Source: Hormiphora californensis (Eukaryota > Animalia > Ctenophora). From it: DNA of 64,000 nucleotides. Within the stretch, counting starts at the first letter, position 1; each line of letters opens with the position of its first letter. The DNA lies in assembly GCA_020137815.1 (NCBI GenBank), contig CM035355.1, positions 7,378,001-7,442,000 of the forward strand, written 5' to 3'. The position numbers and the translations under genes are program-made. Below the pieces are notes generated by a model. It was not told the DNA's origin, made no database searches, and saw only the letters and a program-made list of their open reading frames with translations. Of this stretch, positions 12,865 to 36,376 are shown piece by piece.

Positions 12865-13557
12865 AGGTTGACAAGATACCTAAAACTTTTCGTATATCGT
12901 CTTATTTTGATTTATCATTAATTTTCAGCATTTTTTCAGAATTTTTTGTCGGCTAGAAATACCTTACTCTCGTTAATTAAGCTCGCATATTTCAAGAAAC
13001 TTTTAAATAAGAAACTTTTTTTCTAGGAAACTACAGGTGTAAGCGATCCAAAAACAAAAAGAATTTCTCCTTTATCAAGAGACTAAACAACTTAGGGGTT
13101 TCCTATTTTGTTGGGGTGTCTCTGGATTGTGTGATTTACATTTGAAAAGTTTCTTATAAAAAAGTTTCTTACTAAAGCGTTTCTTAAAAATCGAGAGTAA
13201 GGTATGTGCAAAATAGGGGGTCTACTGATAAACGAGAGGTGCAATTTAAAAATTGACACCGTAATATCTCCGGTTCCTGATGAGATACAGAAACCGTTTT
13301 GGTAGCGTTGGAAAGGTCTTATTGAGACCAATCCAACGCAACCAAGATCAAGTAGCTATCTTTTGAGGAACCGGAAACGTGAATTTCAATTTGCGAGACG
13401 CAGTGAGTGTGCCCAGTAAAACCAGTGCTGACAATATCGGTAGACCCCCTATTTCGAATTTTTTTCTAGCCGACAAAAAATTCTGAAAAAATGCTGTAAA
13501 TTAATGATAAATCAAAATAAGACGATATACGAAAAGTTTTAGGTATCTTGTCAACCT
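12865..13557. mobile_element. Non-autonomous Kolobok-like DNA transposon (TTAA TSD, RR...YY termini)
   Basis: TTAA|aggttgacaagatacc ... ggtatcttgtcaacct|TTAA; ~95-bp TIRs (12865-12959 / ~13463-13557). Confidence 0.8.
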
Positions 13558-14490
13558 TTAATTCACATACTGCCTTATTTCTCAAATTAACTGCTTCTAA
13601 TTTGTTACATACTTTCTTTCGGTAGTGGTACTTCAGAAGTACCCTGACACATTTTAGTTCGACAGAGAGAGTACTATACATACATACTACACAGAGGTCA
13701 ATACAATTACTCACTGTACTGTACCGCACAATACTTCAATGTGCGCTTTCTCAAGCCAAGCTTTCTCAGCTTCTCCCTCCATCTCTCAGAACTTTTTCTC
13801 ATTAGTCAACAATCTCTCAAGTCAATCGTTTCGGCAGTCTCACCTCCCTCTTACTCTATCTCTCACTATATACGTTCCATTCATTCTCAATAGATGTCGT
13901 AGTTTCATTTCTTCAGTAATTCTTTAAAGTTTGATCTTTATAATGACGGAATTTATTCTCAACTATCTTCAACCACTTAAATAGTTTCTCTTTACTTCGT
14001 ATTTTTTTAATCGATATAATACCGGTACCCCGGCCCTCTACTCTCTCTTCCTCTATCTCAATCCCCCCACAGAGCAGGTCTTCATAATTTTGACAAGGAG
14101 AATTTGAGCTTTATAGCACAATTACACATTTTAAAAGCAACGTGGTTATGCTGTTACAACTTCTTGCATGGTTCATGTTAAACCAATGTAATTGCCTTTC
14201 CGGCGGTAAAAACACGTACCGTGAAAAAACGGTGAAAACAAAGTCATAGCCGTCCCAGGGCCACTTTATTGAAATTTCCACGTGGTTATCAGCCACAGTT
14301 TCATGTTTGTGTTTGTGTCAACTTATGTTGGTCTTTCACCTTTTTCGATGTCACGTGTTGTGCGGTGTGGTCCCTCTCTCTCTATCTTTTTTCCTCTTTC
14401 CCTCTCTCTCCTCCTTCTCTCTCTCTCTCTCTCTCTCCTCCTTCGATCTCGATATCTCTCTCCTCTCTCCTCATCTCTCTCTCTCTAGTG

Positions 14491-14590
14491 NNNNNNNNNN
14501 NNNNNNNNNNNNNNNNNNNNNNNNNNNNNNNNNNNNNNNNNNNNNNNNNNNNNNNNNNNNNNNNNNNNNNNNNNNNNNNNNNNNNNNNNN
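14491..14590. other. Assembly gap (100 N)
   Basis: Run of n. Confidence 1.
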
Positions 14591-16330
14591 CCCGAAAAAT
14601 TTTTTTCCCCCCCTTTTTTTTTGCGTTGTATGCAAACCCTTTGTACGCAACCTCTTTTAATTTTATGCACCATCTTATCTGCACCACATGGATTGGGAAA
14701 TCTTATATAAAAACCAAGCGTTGAACATTTAAAACGTCAGCATACATTTAAAACATTTCAATTATCACAGTTCCTTTCCTTCCATTTTTTTCCTCTACCC
14801 TTTTCTTCCTTTCTCTCTTCTCTTTTTTTCCTCTTCTCCCTTTTCTCTCTTCTTCTATTTTTCCCCCTTCTCGCCTTTATTCTCTCTCCTCTCACTCCCT
14901 TTTCCCCCAAAAGGACCCCCTCTCAGCCCCTTTTCTAAACTACAGTCCCATAGGTTTTTTTCGGGGGGAGTTTTTTGTTCGGGTTAACCCCAGATCAGTG
15001 ATTTTACAAAAAAAAAAGTAGTGCCCCCTTTCTCTAGTTTTAAAATTTTTTGGCCCGGGTATTAAAACCCAAATTTTGATGGTTTTTGGGTTTAGTAGGT
15101 TTATATTTTCCCCTTTTGCCTAGCTAGACCCTAGCTAGATCCACCTACACTCGATCGAGAAGTTAAAAGATAATCTGCTTCAGGTCTCAGATTTTATCTA
15201 GAATTTGATTATCCAATCTTATCACGCGATATTTAAAAACCGTTACTGATCTTATTCAGTTTTCCACTCAAGCTGCATAACTATCCCTATTCCTTCCCCA
15301 AATTACAAGCTGGGACATTACATCATTTATAAACTTTAACGATAAAGAGCAGGAATAAAACGAGGAATAATGAAAAAGGGGGAATAAATATAGTGGAATC
15401 TTTATATTTATTCCCCTCTTTTTTATTCCTCCTCATTTTGTTCCTGCCCAAGCTCTTTCTTTTTTTTTGCTTATTATTTTAAAGTTTTTGCGAGGCCGGA
15501 GACTTATGGGGGGAGGTGGCCAAAAAAAGGAGTAGGGGTTTTTGGGTAAAAGGGAAAATCTTTTTGATAGGGGGTTTGGTCATTTTTTGTAAAAAGGGTT
15601 TTTTTGGCCCTCTATCCCAAAAACCCATTGGGGGTTTTGGGGCCCACTTATAAAATTTTGAAGGGGGGGAATTTTCGTCCTAATTTTCCCCCCCCCCCGC
15701 CACACACAAAACCCCCCAAAGTTGCCAAAAAAACAGGCCTTTTTTTTGGGCCTTTTTGGTTTTTTCCCCCCGGGAAAAATAAAAAGGGAAATGCCCTTTT
15801 CCCAAACTTTCCCCCCCATGAAAAACTGGGAAAAATTTAATTTTTTCCCACAAAACCCAGGGGGCCCCCCCCCGAGGGAAAAATATAAAAAAAATTTTTT
15901 TTAAAAAAAAGGGGGAAACCCCCATTTTGTTTTCCCCTTTTTTTTTATTTTTTTTTCCCCCCGAAAACCCCAAAAACCCCCCAAAGAAAAAAACCAAAAG
16001 CAAAAAAAAAGAAAAAAAAAAGAAAAAACCCCTGGGGGAGGGGAAAGGGAAAAAAAAGGGGGAAGGAAAAAACAAAAAAACCCCCCGGGGGGGGGGTGGG
16101 GGGAAAAAAAAAAAAGGGGAAAAGGGGGGGGGGGGGAAAAAAAGAAAAAAAAGGGGAGGAAGAGGAGAAGAGAAAAAAAAAGGGGGGGGAAAAAAAGGGG
16201 GGGGGAAAGGGAAATTTTTCCCCCCCACCCTCTCTCTCTCCCCTTTTTCCCCCCTCTCCTTCCCCCTCTCTTTTCTCCCCCCCCCCCCCCCCTTTTTTTT
16301 TCTTTTTTTTTTTTTTTTGCCCGTGGAGGG
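14591..16330. other. Homopolymer-garbled low-quality contig end
   Basis: Follows the gap; long A/T/G/C runs give poly-K/F/P/G pseudo-ORFs. Confidence 0.75.
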
Positions 16331-16403
16331 CTTACGTTCTCGCGAGATAATTTTTTGGTAAAAGTTAAAATAATCAACGCATTCCTTAAATTTCTCAACT
16401 TAA

Positions 16404-17681
16404 GGGTACACCTCGGCAAAATTTTTGTCGAGTGCCCGCTTAGCTCTCCATATGGGGTTGTAGGGCATACCAAGCCGACCTCAAATATGCAATTTTAGCC
16501 CTTAACTCGAATTCATATTTTTGCTACAGCCCCTCAAAGTTTGACCCTAAAAACCGGTTTTTAAGGTCCCTAAATTTTATTTTTAGGGCTAGAAAGCTGA
16601 AAATTTAGGGATTCATAGAGGATACCAAGGTGTATAGCTCAAATAGAAATTTTTTGAAAAGGAGCTCAATTTTTTGTCTGATACTATTTTACTTTTTTTG
16701 ACTTTGAGGCCATATTTGGACATGTTCCTATGAACCGTTAAGGCTAAAAATTGGATATTTGGTGCTCCTAACAATTGTCAAAGTAGCCACAAATTTTCAG
16801 GAGGTCCGAATTTGAAATGTGGCCTACAGGTTTCTTTTTGTAAAGCACATATTTTAGGAAAACTTAAAATGGCTATATCTCAAAAACGGTAGGTCCTAGC
16901 GATCTAATTTTGTGCTAAATCGATTCAGCGGGTCCGATTTTGGGGGGGTCGTCTCTTAGACATTTTGCTCTAAGTCTAACCGTTTTTTCAGAAATCGTAT
17001 TTTAAGGTTTGTACATGTTTAGCAGAAATGCTTCTAGCAAGAGCTAATCTTACCTATTTCTGCTAAACATGTACAAATCTTAAAATACGATTTCTGAAAA
17101 AACGGTTAGACTTAGAGCAAAATGTCTAAGAGACGACCCCCCCAAAATCGGACCCGCTGAATCGATTTAGCACAAAATTAGATCGCTAGGACCTACCGTT
17201 TTTGAGATATAGCCATTTTAAGTTTTCCTAAAATATGTGCTTTACAAAAAGAAACCTGTAGGCCACATTTCAAATTCGGACCTCCTGAAAATTTGTGGCT
17301 ACTTTGACAATTGTTAGGAGCACCAAATATCCAATTTTTAGCCTTAACGGTTCATAGGAACATGTCCAAATATGGCCTCAAAGTCAAAAAAAGTAAAATA
17401 GTATCAGACAAAAAATTGAGCTCCTTTTCAAAAAATTTCTATTTGAGCTATACACCTTGGTATCCTCTATGAATCCCTAAATTTTCAGCTTTCTAGCCCT
17501 AAAAATAAAATTTAGGGACCTTAAAAACCGGTTTTTAGGGTCAAACTTTGAGGGGCTGTAGCAAAAATATGAATTCGAGTTAAGGGCTAAAATTGCATAT
17601 TTGAGGTCGGCTTGGTATGCCCTACAACCCCATATGGAGAGCTAAGCGGGCACTCGACAAAAATTTTGCCGAGGTGTACCC
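16404..17681. mobile_element. 1278-bp fold-back element, Kolobok-like (TTAA TSD), almost entirely palindromic
   Basis: TTAA|gggtacacctcggc...gccgaggtgtaccc|TTAA; arms 16404-17029 and 17056-17681 (626 bp each) are near-perfect reverse complements around a 26-bp spacer. Confidence 0.9.
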
Positions 17682-18641
17682 TTAAGTACCTTTTCTGGCA
17701 TCATGTTAGCGACTACTCATCTTTTGCTTTGCTCAATCTCTGTCTCTCCCAAAGGGTAGAAATGCTTTTATTTTCCACGATCACTTATATGTCTTAGTTT
17801 ACCAATAATGAACTAATTGTCAAAGAGCATAATACCATTATTAATTAAATTTAGTTGTGTCAGCTGTCCTTTCTCTTACTTTATCTGTTTCCCATTCCAT
17901 ATTTGACAGGCTTAGCCTAAGGAAACTGGGGCGGAGGCATTATAGTTGCTTTTATTGCTTTGATTTACTAACCATACTTATTATATTCGTTATTTTATCG
18001 GACTGCTGTGTCGATATAAAGTTCACCTGTCACACCCCTCTCGCACTGATACATAATCTTATTTCTTTTTGCAGCACCACTCAGATCATCTCTCACAGCT
18101 TCTCATTTTAATGAATTGAAGTATGCCTCTCTCTATCAACCCAGCTATCACATGTATCATTTATCTTCATCAATCGATCTTTCCCTCTTATCTTTAACAT
18201 CGCGTTAACTATTTTTTTGTATTCCACTTTTCCTCTAACGCACTGAAATTATACTATGCTTACGTTGGCTTGCAAAATCAGTTCTTGTTATTAATTAGCT
18301 CAGCTAATTAAACTAATTAATAAATATATACCTTGAAGTAAACTCCTTCCCCTACTTCCTTGCCAAGTCTGACATCTATGTGGTTAAGTTGTGCAGTACC
18401 CAACTTTTATAGTTGTGTGTGGTATATTGCACATAATATATTTTTATTTGGCTGGTTCTTTTTAATAAATTTCTTTGACAGTCTGGTTTAACAATTTAAC
18501 ATAAGTTCTGTACCACTGTTGTATCTTGATAAATCCCCCAAATAATTACCATCCCATCACCGTGTTCATAGCTGTTGCTGTTTGGCCACATTTCTCTCCC
18601 TGGCCACCATTATCACCTGAATGGACAGTAAAGCTTAAAAC

Positions 18642-29088
<10,447 letters not shown>

Positions 29089-30156
29089 AAATTATTATAT
29101 GTTTTTTGTTGTTTTTTTTGTTGTGTTAAAAGAATCGTTAGTTACCCACGCGACATGTGTGTGGTATGGACTCTACTTCGAGAGAGATATATCAGGCAGA
29201 GAAATATATGGGACTGAAAGAGGGAATTATGGTGCCCTGTTAGTGTTGATAACCAATGGATCCACCTTTTTAACAGATTTAGTTGTATGGCTAGTTCAGG
29301 GCCTCACGCCTTGTTGAAAATGGACAGCTTGTAAATGATTTATATGAAAATTAAATGCTGTTAAGAAGTAAGAATATACGAAACAGGAATAGGGAAATCT
29401 GTAAACTGTTTAGTGATTGGGAAGGGTCTATCATGGTGCCTGATATTTCTATCATCGGACTTATTTTTAATCATCAGATGTTCGTTAGCAGTTTCACCGC
29501 CGTGTTCTGTGTGCGTGTGTGTGTGCGTGTGTGTGAAAAGTTGGCGGGCCAATTTTGAGTTTGTGTGTGAAGTGGTTCAGAAATGCGCTATTTGTTTTGT
29601 TTTTGGCGCTTTTTGAAATACCATCTCGCTGTTTTTCCAACGGCCAAGGTTTTCTTTTTTTATGTACAAAGGCTAAAAGTTGTGTATGAAATGGAGCTGA
29701 GAGAGATGATTAGAATTATCGACTGAGAATCTCAGTAAGAAACTAAGACACACAGGATACTCGCTTTCTTATCCAGTGTAACACAGTGTGTCGCATAACA
29801 TGTTTTTGTTTTTGATGTTGTAAGAAAGAGAAAGAGAGAACGGTTAGATAAAACTCACTCCCTCGTAATCTGTTTGTTATTTGTAAGCGATCTGTGCTCT
29901 GTGGGCCGTAAATCAAGCACCCTCTTATTTGGAAAGATGATGTTTTAATATGGATAGAAGTTTTGTGGTTTTTGTTATTCTAAAGCTGTTCCGAGTTGTT
30001 CTTCACAGCAGGCCCTTTCTTTTCTGATCAAATTGAGCAGAGCGAGAATGGACTTCTGGTGTGAGACAATTATGTGTCCTAACAGATGTAACTGACTTGA
30101 AAAGGTACCCCTTATCCGATTTGAGGACTATAGATTTACGGTCCCCCTGTTTTGTC

Positions 30157-30208
30157 AATAAAGCTTTTATTTATTAGCAGCCTTGTGTGCTGTCATTCTA
30201 CAAATAAA
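30157..30208 (+). terminator. Candidate polyadenylation signals of the MAST gene
   Basis: AATAAA at 30157-30162 and 30203-30208, ~1.1 kb after the stop codon. Confidence 0.4.
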
Positions 30209-31604
30209 AAAACGCCTTTTCCATTTGTACTAAAACAAAAAGGTACTGGGAGACACAATTGAAAATGAGCAATGAAAATCTCCGGCTGATTGGCTGAATT
30301 ACTTAGTCTCCCTCTCTCTCCCTCTCCGATTGGAATCATGGTGTATGCTTGTGGATCTTAATGAACCATAACCCAGTCTGCCCTGGATTAGAGACTTGAG
30401 AAGAGAGTGATCTGTGCCCAATTTGGTTTGGTCAGTCTGGCGCCGCTGGGGCCTTTGAACCAAGGACTGGTTAGAAATCATTCCAAATAGTTCTTCACTC
30501 CCGGCATGGTAGCCGAAAGTGGCTGCCGTATGGTGATGGCCAAAACGGCTAGCCGCGGCTTCCGCATTGTTATCTAATCAGGAAACCAGTTGCCAGGATA
30601 CGCCCGGATATTCGGGCACAGGGCTCCCACACAGTTCAAGGCTCTGCTGCACGAGACAGTCGTGCGCGCGAAGATTCACTCAAAATAAGTGTTCGGCGGT
30701 CGCGCGTCACGTTACATACTGGATTCTCCAGCCACCGGAGGACCAAAAAGTTAGACAGCAAGATTTGTGGCAAAATATATAGCGTATGAATATATGTTAA
30801 CACTTCGAATTACGAAAATGCTCTTTAATACAAGAAAATGTTAACAAGGTGTTAGAAAAAATGGTTATTATAAAGTCGTGTCTTTCTCTCTGCTCTCCTG
30901 TTGGTGCTGGTGTTTTGGTAAAAAACTCAGAATTCAGATATTATTCTAGCCAGTGTGTTACCTGTGTACACCATTAAAATACATAATACATCACTGATTC
31001 ACGCTTACAACTGTCCATTGGGTGTTGGTGCTCTCTCTCTCTCTCAGCTGATATATTAAATTAAATAAGGGAATATATATTTTAAAATCCCTTACTTAAG
31101 TTTTCAAATAACATTTTCAACAACATAACACTGTTGTGTTCTCTAATAAAGCATCGTTCAACGTTGAGAGCTATTAGTTATATCAAGAACACTATAACTA
31201 TAACAAGATTTATAAATTAATTAACTTTCAAATCTTTTTCTCGATGTTTTTACGGGTTATAAACCTGTCTCTCTTCCTATCTCGTCCTCTTTGTATACAC
31301 TACACATTATATATCTCTTCTTTCTCTCCCCTTATTGTTTCTGCGAACCTTAGTCAGACTCTAAATACACAAAAACTGAGTTCGTTTTCTCAACTTCTCT
31401 CTACACCAGGTTTTCTCACACTGACTTGATTTCTGTCTTTTTACACAGTGCACCGTCATTGCATCCTCTGTACCCCCATATTTTCCACCAATTCTCTCAC
31501 CAACTCTCTCACCAATTCTCTCACATAATGACTGTGCATTTGTCTCACTCTCTTTTGGACTGTGTTCGTGTTTTGGGATCCTATGGACTCCGTGGTGCCC
31601 CCAA

Positions 31605-32919
31605 CTACACTGGCAGGTCAACGAAGCTGTTTCGGTAACCCGGGTTATGATAATCCTGCCATTCAGGATCGGGTGAAGTTGGGACAAGGTAGCAGATACC
31701 TTGGGGTTGGGGGGAACAGGGAGGTGGACCAGGGGAGTTAGAGGTGTGAGAGGGCCCACTCGTTACCCTGTATACTAACAATTTCTCATTTGATGTCACC
31801 TGATGGTGGGGGAGTTGGGGTTAAAATCAGGAAGAAATGGGGCGCCCCCGTATTTAACAATTTGCTGCCCGAACAATTTGACATTGATAAATCTACAATC
31901 GATAAGAATAATAATAATAGAGGTCAACCGTCGAGGGTATTATATGCCCCAATGCTATGATAAACTACCGATGGTTTTATGCCAATGCAGTTAAAACTAA
32001 AGTCATGACAAGACCGGTGTTAAATGAACAATGTTACATTTTAACAGGTTCTATAAAAAGGGGGCATATGCCATATAATTGTTAGCATAGGTTTTACCTC
32101 ATCAAAAATGGGATTGGTATTTTCGACAAAACTGCTTTTTTGTTCCGACTTTTTTCGAGATTGCCTGAAAATATGATGTTGGGTTAAATGCAATTACAGT
32201 CAGGCCCAATTAATTACTACAGTCTGCAAAACATTTATCTTTCTATTTTTCTCTCTCTAACTCACTCTTTCTCTCTCCCTCTCTTTCTCTCTCAAAAATG
32301 TTGACTCACCGTATTCTGAAGACTACGTATCCGGCGACCAGGAAAGCAAACACAAATGAAAAGAACAAAACCGCCAAAAGTCCATTATCAGTCACTAGAG
32401 AGAGGGTATGAATTAGTGACTTGGTCCATCAAGAGTTATTCATCATAAAATATTCAGGGGGGTTTGTAGACTGTAGAGATATTAATTGTGTTAGTAACTT
32501 ACATCGGCCGTCCTGTACCAAAAACTCGATCCAGAGCACTTCTTCATCGCATCGTTCACCTCGGAACTCGCTCGTACAGAAACAAACTGCACTCCCTCGG
32601 GGGCCCGTCATGGAACACTTTCCACCATTTTTACAGTAGCTAAAGCAACTCTGAGAAGAAAGAGGGGTTAGATTATTTGGGGTCGGCATGACTATTGCAT
32701 CTATAAAGTCCCCCGCCCCATTTACCGACTACTACGACCAATTTGAGTGGGCACTAGTTAATAAAGGGGTTAGAACTGTTGCTGCACAAGTGGAGTGGCC
32801 CCGCACGTGCCTCTAAATATGTGAAAGGAACACACCGCCTCCTCGCGTACCAATGTACTGCCCTCTTTCGTTGAGGGTGCAAATCAAATGAGAGATAACA
32901 GTAATAATTGGAATCTGCC

Positions 32920-32961
<42 letters not shown>

Positions 32962-33111
32962 TGTATACAGTTTGTAGACCTAAAAGCTTCCATAAAACTT
33001 GATCCCGGACCCAAAAAACAAAGAACGAAAGAACTAAGTACTTACATATCGATCGATGTCTTCCGTCGTGTGAACAGGGATAGACGTTGTTAGGTAAATA
33101 CCATTAGACAT
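31605..33111 (-). CDS. Single-EGF transmembrane protein resembling the C-terminus of LRP1 (EGF-TM-NPxY tail), ~186 aa as modelled
   Basis: Exons 33111-33046 (MSNG...DIDRY, less certain), 32650-32503 (SCFSYCKNGGKCSMTGPRGSAVCFCTSEFRGERCDEEVL), 32394-32310 (TM LLAVLFFSFVFAFLVAGYVVF-RIR), 32164-32098 (FVENTNPIFDE), 31799-31605 (QDYHNPGY...DLPV*); all junctions GT-AG and phase-compatible. Confidence 0.8.
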
Positions 33112-33277
33112 GATTTATCTTTTCTTCTTTCTTCTCTTTTTCTTCTATGGTCCCGGGCTGATTAGCGAAGCAGGACACATGACATAACGTTGCTATGAAA
33201 AACAGAGGTTTAGTTGCTTGGTATATCCTTACTTAGGCGTGATCTAGCTAGTGATGATTAGGGTGAAATCTAGTACA

Positions 33278-33569
33278 TAGTTTAACGGGTAAATATACTG
33301 GTTATATGGATATGGTATGGGCAAATAAACAATAATTTAAACAGGGTATCTTTTAAAGTTAGATCCATTAATTCCTAATAAAATGCGGCATATGGTTGGG
33401 ATCTAAAATATCAAAGCAAAACCAAATCGATGTTCAAGTCGTGTGCTAAAGAGGTTGATCAAAATTCAAACGTACTAGAAATAATTAGTCACTTACATCA
33501 TGTGTTAGGAAGGGCAAGAGAAAAGGAAAGAGTGAAAGAGAGAAGGAAAGAGAGAGAGAGAGAGACGGA

Positions 33570-33650
<81 letters not shown>

Positions 33651-36154
33651 TGAGAGAGATAGCGAAAGAGAGAAATTACCCCCTCAGGGATGACAAATGA
33701 ACGAGGGGGTGCGAGAATACGTCAGATTTCCAGTTACTTCCGGCTCATCAGGAAGAAGTCAAGAAGTGTGGGATTATGGAGGCGCTACTAAAGTATATAA
33801 GCAGGAGAAATTTAGAGTAATACAACCTCTCCCTTTTTCTCAATAGAAGAAGGGGAGAGAGAAGAAGAGAGAAGGAGATGAAGAAGGAGAGAGAGGAAGA
33901 AAGGAGAGGGAGATGAAGAAGAAGGAGAGAGGTTACCCCCCCTTGGTTTTTCCCCCCCTTTAAATTTTTTTGTTAACCGAAAGGTTTTGTACTGCCATTT
34001 TAGGGGAAAAAGGGGAGAAAGGGGGGGAAAAAAGGGGGAGAGGGGGGAGAAGGGGGAGGGGGGGGGGAAAAAAAAAAAAAAATTTTTTTAAAAAAAAAAA
34101 GGGGGGGGGAAAATTTTTTGGGGGGAAAAAAAAGGGGCCCCTTTCCCTTTTGGGGGGATGATACACCACTTTCAAACTTCTCAGTCTACACTATACTATC
34201 ACAGTTATTTTCTAATACGCGTGATTCTTACACAGTTACTTCAATCGGACTGTAGTACAAAAGGAAAGAAAGATATTACATAAAAGGAATACGGGATAAG
34301 GAATTAAGAAGTTAAACAGACAGGACCGACCGATTAGGGATCAGAGATGACTGCTGAGTAGACAGAGGAAGATGAAGAGAGTTCTATTAATCCTGTCTAG
34401 TGTACTTACATCGTCTCTTCAAGACCGGGAGAGAGAAAGATGAGTAAAGGGGAAAGAAAGGGGGGGGGAAGAAGGGGAGTAGGAGAGAGAGAGACAGGAG
34501 AGCAGAGAGGGGAGAGCGAGATCGAGAGAGAGAGCGACGACCAGAGAGAGAGGCGAGACGAGCGAGAGACTGTAGAGGGAGAAAGAGAAAACGAAAAAAG
34601 AAAGAAAAGAGGGAGAAGAGAAGAGAGAGAAAGAGAGAGAGAGAAATAGAGTACGAAGAGAAAGAGGAGCTCGAGAGAGAGAGAGAGAGCAGAGAGAGAG
34701 AGAGAGAGTAGATAGAGAGAGGCGAGAGAGCAGAGAGAGAGATTAGATGCGAGCGAGAGAGATCGCTCAGATCTATCTATCGGCGGATCTCTATCTATGC
34801 GTCGATCTCTCTCTCTCTCCTTTCTAGTCTACTAGCGATATATTCTCATACATATCTTATTTCTTCCTTTATTTGTCGTCACCACTTCATTCGAACCTGG
34901 AGAAAGGGAGAAGAAAGGGAAGAGATGACGGTTGGGCGAGGGGATTCATGTGACGAGGGATCAGGATAATGGTGAGAATGGAGAAAAGAAGTCTCGTTAT
35001 AATTAAACCCCCCTTCCTGCCAGCCGCTGAGAACCGCACGTGCCAGAACGCCGCCCATGTAGCCTATCTCTAGATTGCAAACACAAACTCTTCTGAGTTT
35101 ATAACGTGATCGATCACGTGATGGTGCTTTAATAACAGGTTGCTTAAATTTGGCTGTGCTCTTATTTTCGAGTGCTTAATTGCCGTCGCTTAATTTTGTT
35201 GCTTAATTTCAGATTTCGGAATTTTAGTGTTTTTGATTAAGATTGATTAATAGAAGATATTTTAATTATAGGTTGTACATTATTGGATCTAATTTGGAGA
35301 GTAGGTAGTTTTAGTTTACACGGGTAAATATACTGGTTATTATGGAATGGTATGGGCAAAATAAGACAATTAATTTAAAACAGGGTATCTTTTAAAGTTA
35401 GATCCATAATCCTAATAAAATGTCGGCATATGGTGGGATCTAAAATATCAAAGCAAAACAAATCGATGTCAAGTCGTGTGCTTAAAGAGGTTGATCAAAT
35501 TCAAACGTACTAGAAATAATTAGTCACTTACATCATGGTGTGTTAGGAAGGGCAGAGAAAAGGAAAGAGTGAAAGAGGAGGAAGGAAAGAGAGAGAGACG
35601 GAAGGAGAGGGGAAGGAACAGAAGAAGAGAGAGAGAGCGAACGAGAGAGAAAGAGAGAGATGAGAGAGAGAGAGAGAGGAGAGAGAGAGACGACAGTGAG
35701 GTGGGAGAGAGAGAGAGAGAGGGAAAGGAGAGAGAGTGAGAGAGATAGCGACGAAAGAGAGAAATTACCCCCTCAGGGATGACAAATAACGAGAGGGGGG
35801 TTGCGAGAAGGGTGCGAGAATACGTCAGTTTCCAGTACTTCCGGCTCATCAGGAAGAAGTCAAGAAGTGTGGGATTATGGAGGCGCCTAACTAAAGTATA
35901 TAGCAGGAGAAATTTAGAGTAATACAACCTCTCCCTTTTTCTCAATAGAAGAAGGGGAGAGAGAAGAAGAGAGAAGGAGATGAAGAAGGAGAGAGAGGAA
36001 GAAAGGAGAGGGAGATGAAGAAGAAGGAGAGAGGTTACCCACTCCTACTGGTGGGTATTTCCTACGCGATCCTTTAATCTTTTTAATGTGTAACCGCTAC
36101 AAGGTATAGCTGTACTGCCATTTGAGGGAAGAGAGAGAGAGGCAGAGAGAAAGA

Positions 36155-36253
<99 letters not shown>

Positions 36254-36330
36254 GAAGAGAGAGTGAGGGAGAAAAGTTAGAGAAGGAAGAAGTAGAAGAA
36301 GGGCAGTAAAATGACATCGGGATGTCGGGG
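33278..36330. repeat. Direct duplication ~33278-34160 vs ~35312-36330 with many small indels (probable assembly artefact)
   Basis: cgggtaaatatactggtta...gagagaggttaccc present twice; 33940-34160 is a homopolymer-distorted version of 36045-36330 (gtactgccattt shared). Confidence 0.8.
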
Positions 36331-36376
36331 AAGTATTAAACAGAGCGGCATTTGGCAATCGATATTGGTGGGAAGG

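Noticed and set aside
13270-13310. CTGATGA...GAAA hammerhead-like core
   Set aside because: No stem II or stem I pairing; lies within a Kolobok-like MITE
15580-16473. Long ORFs rich in K/G/F/P
   Set aside because: Products of homopolymer-garbled sequence next to an assembly gap
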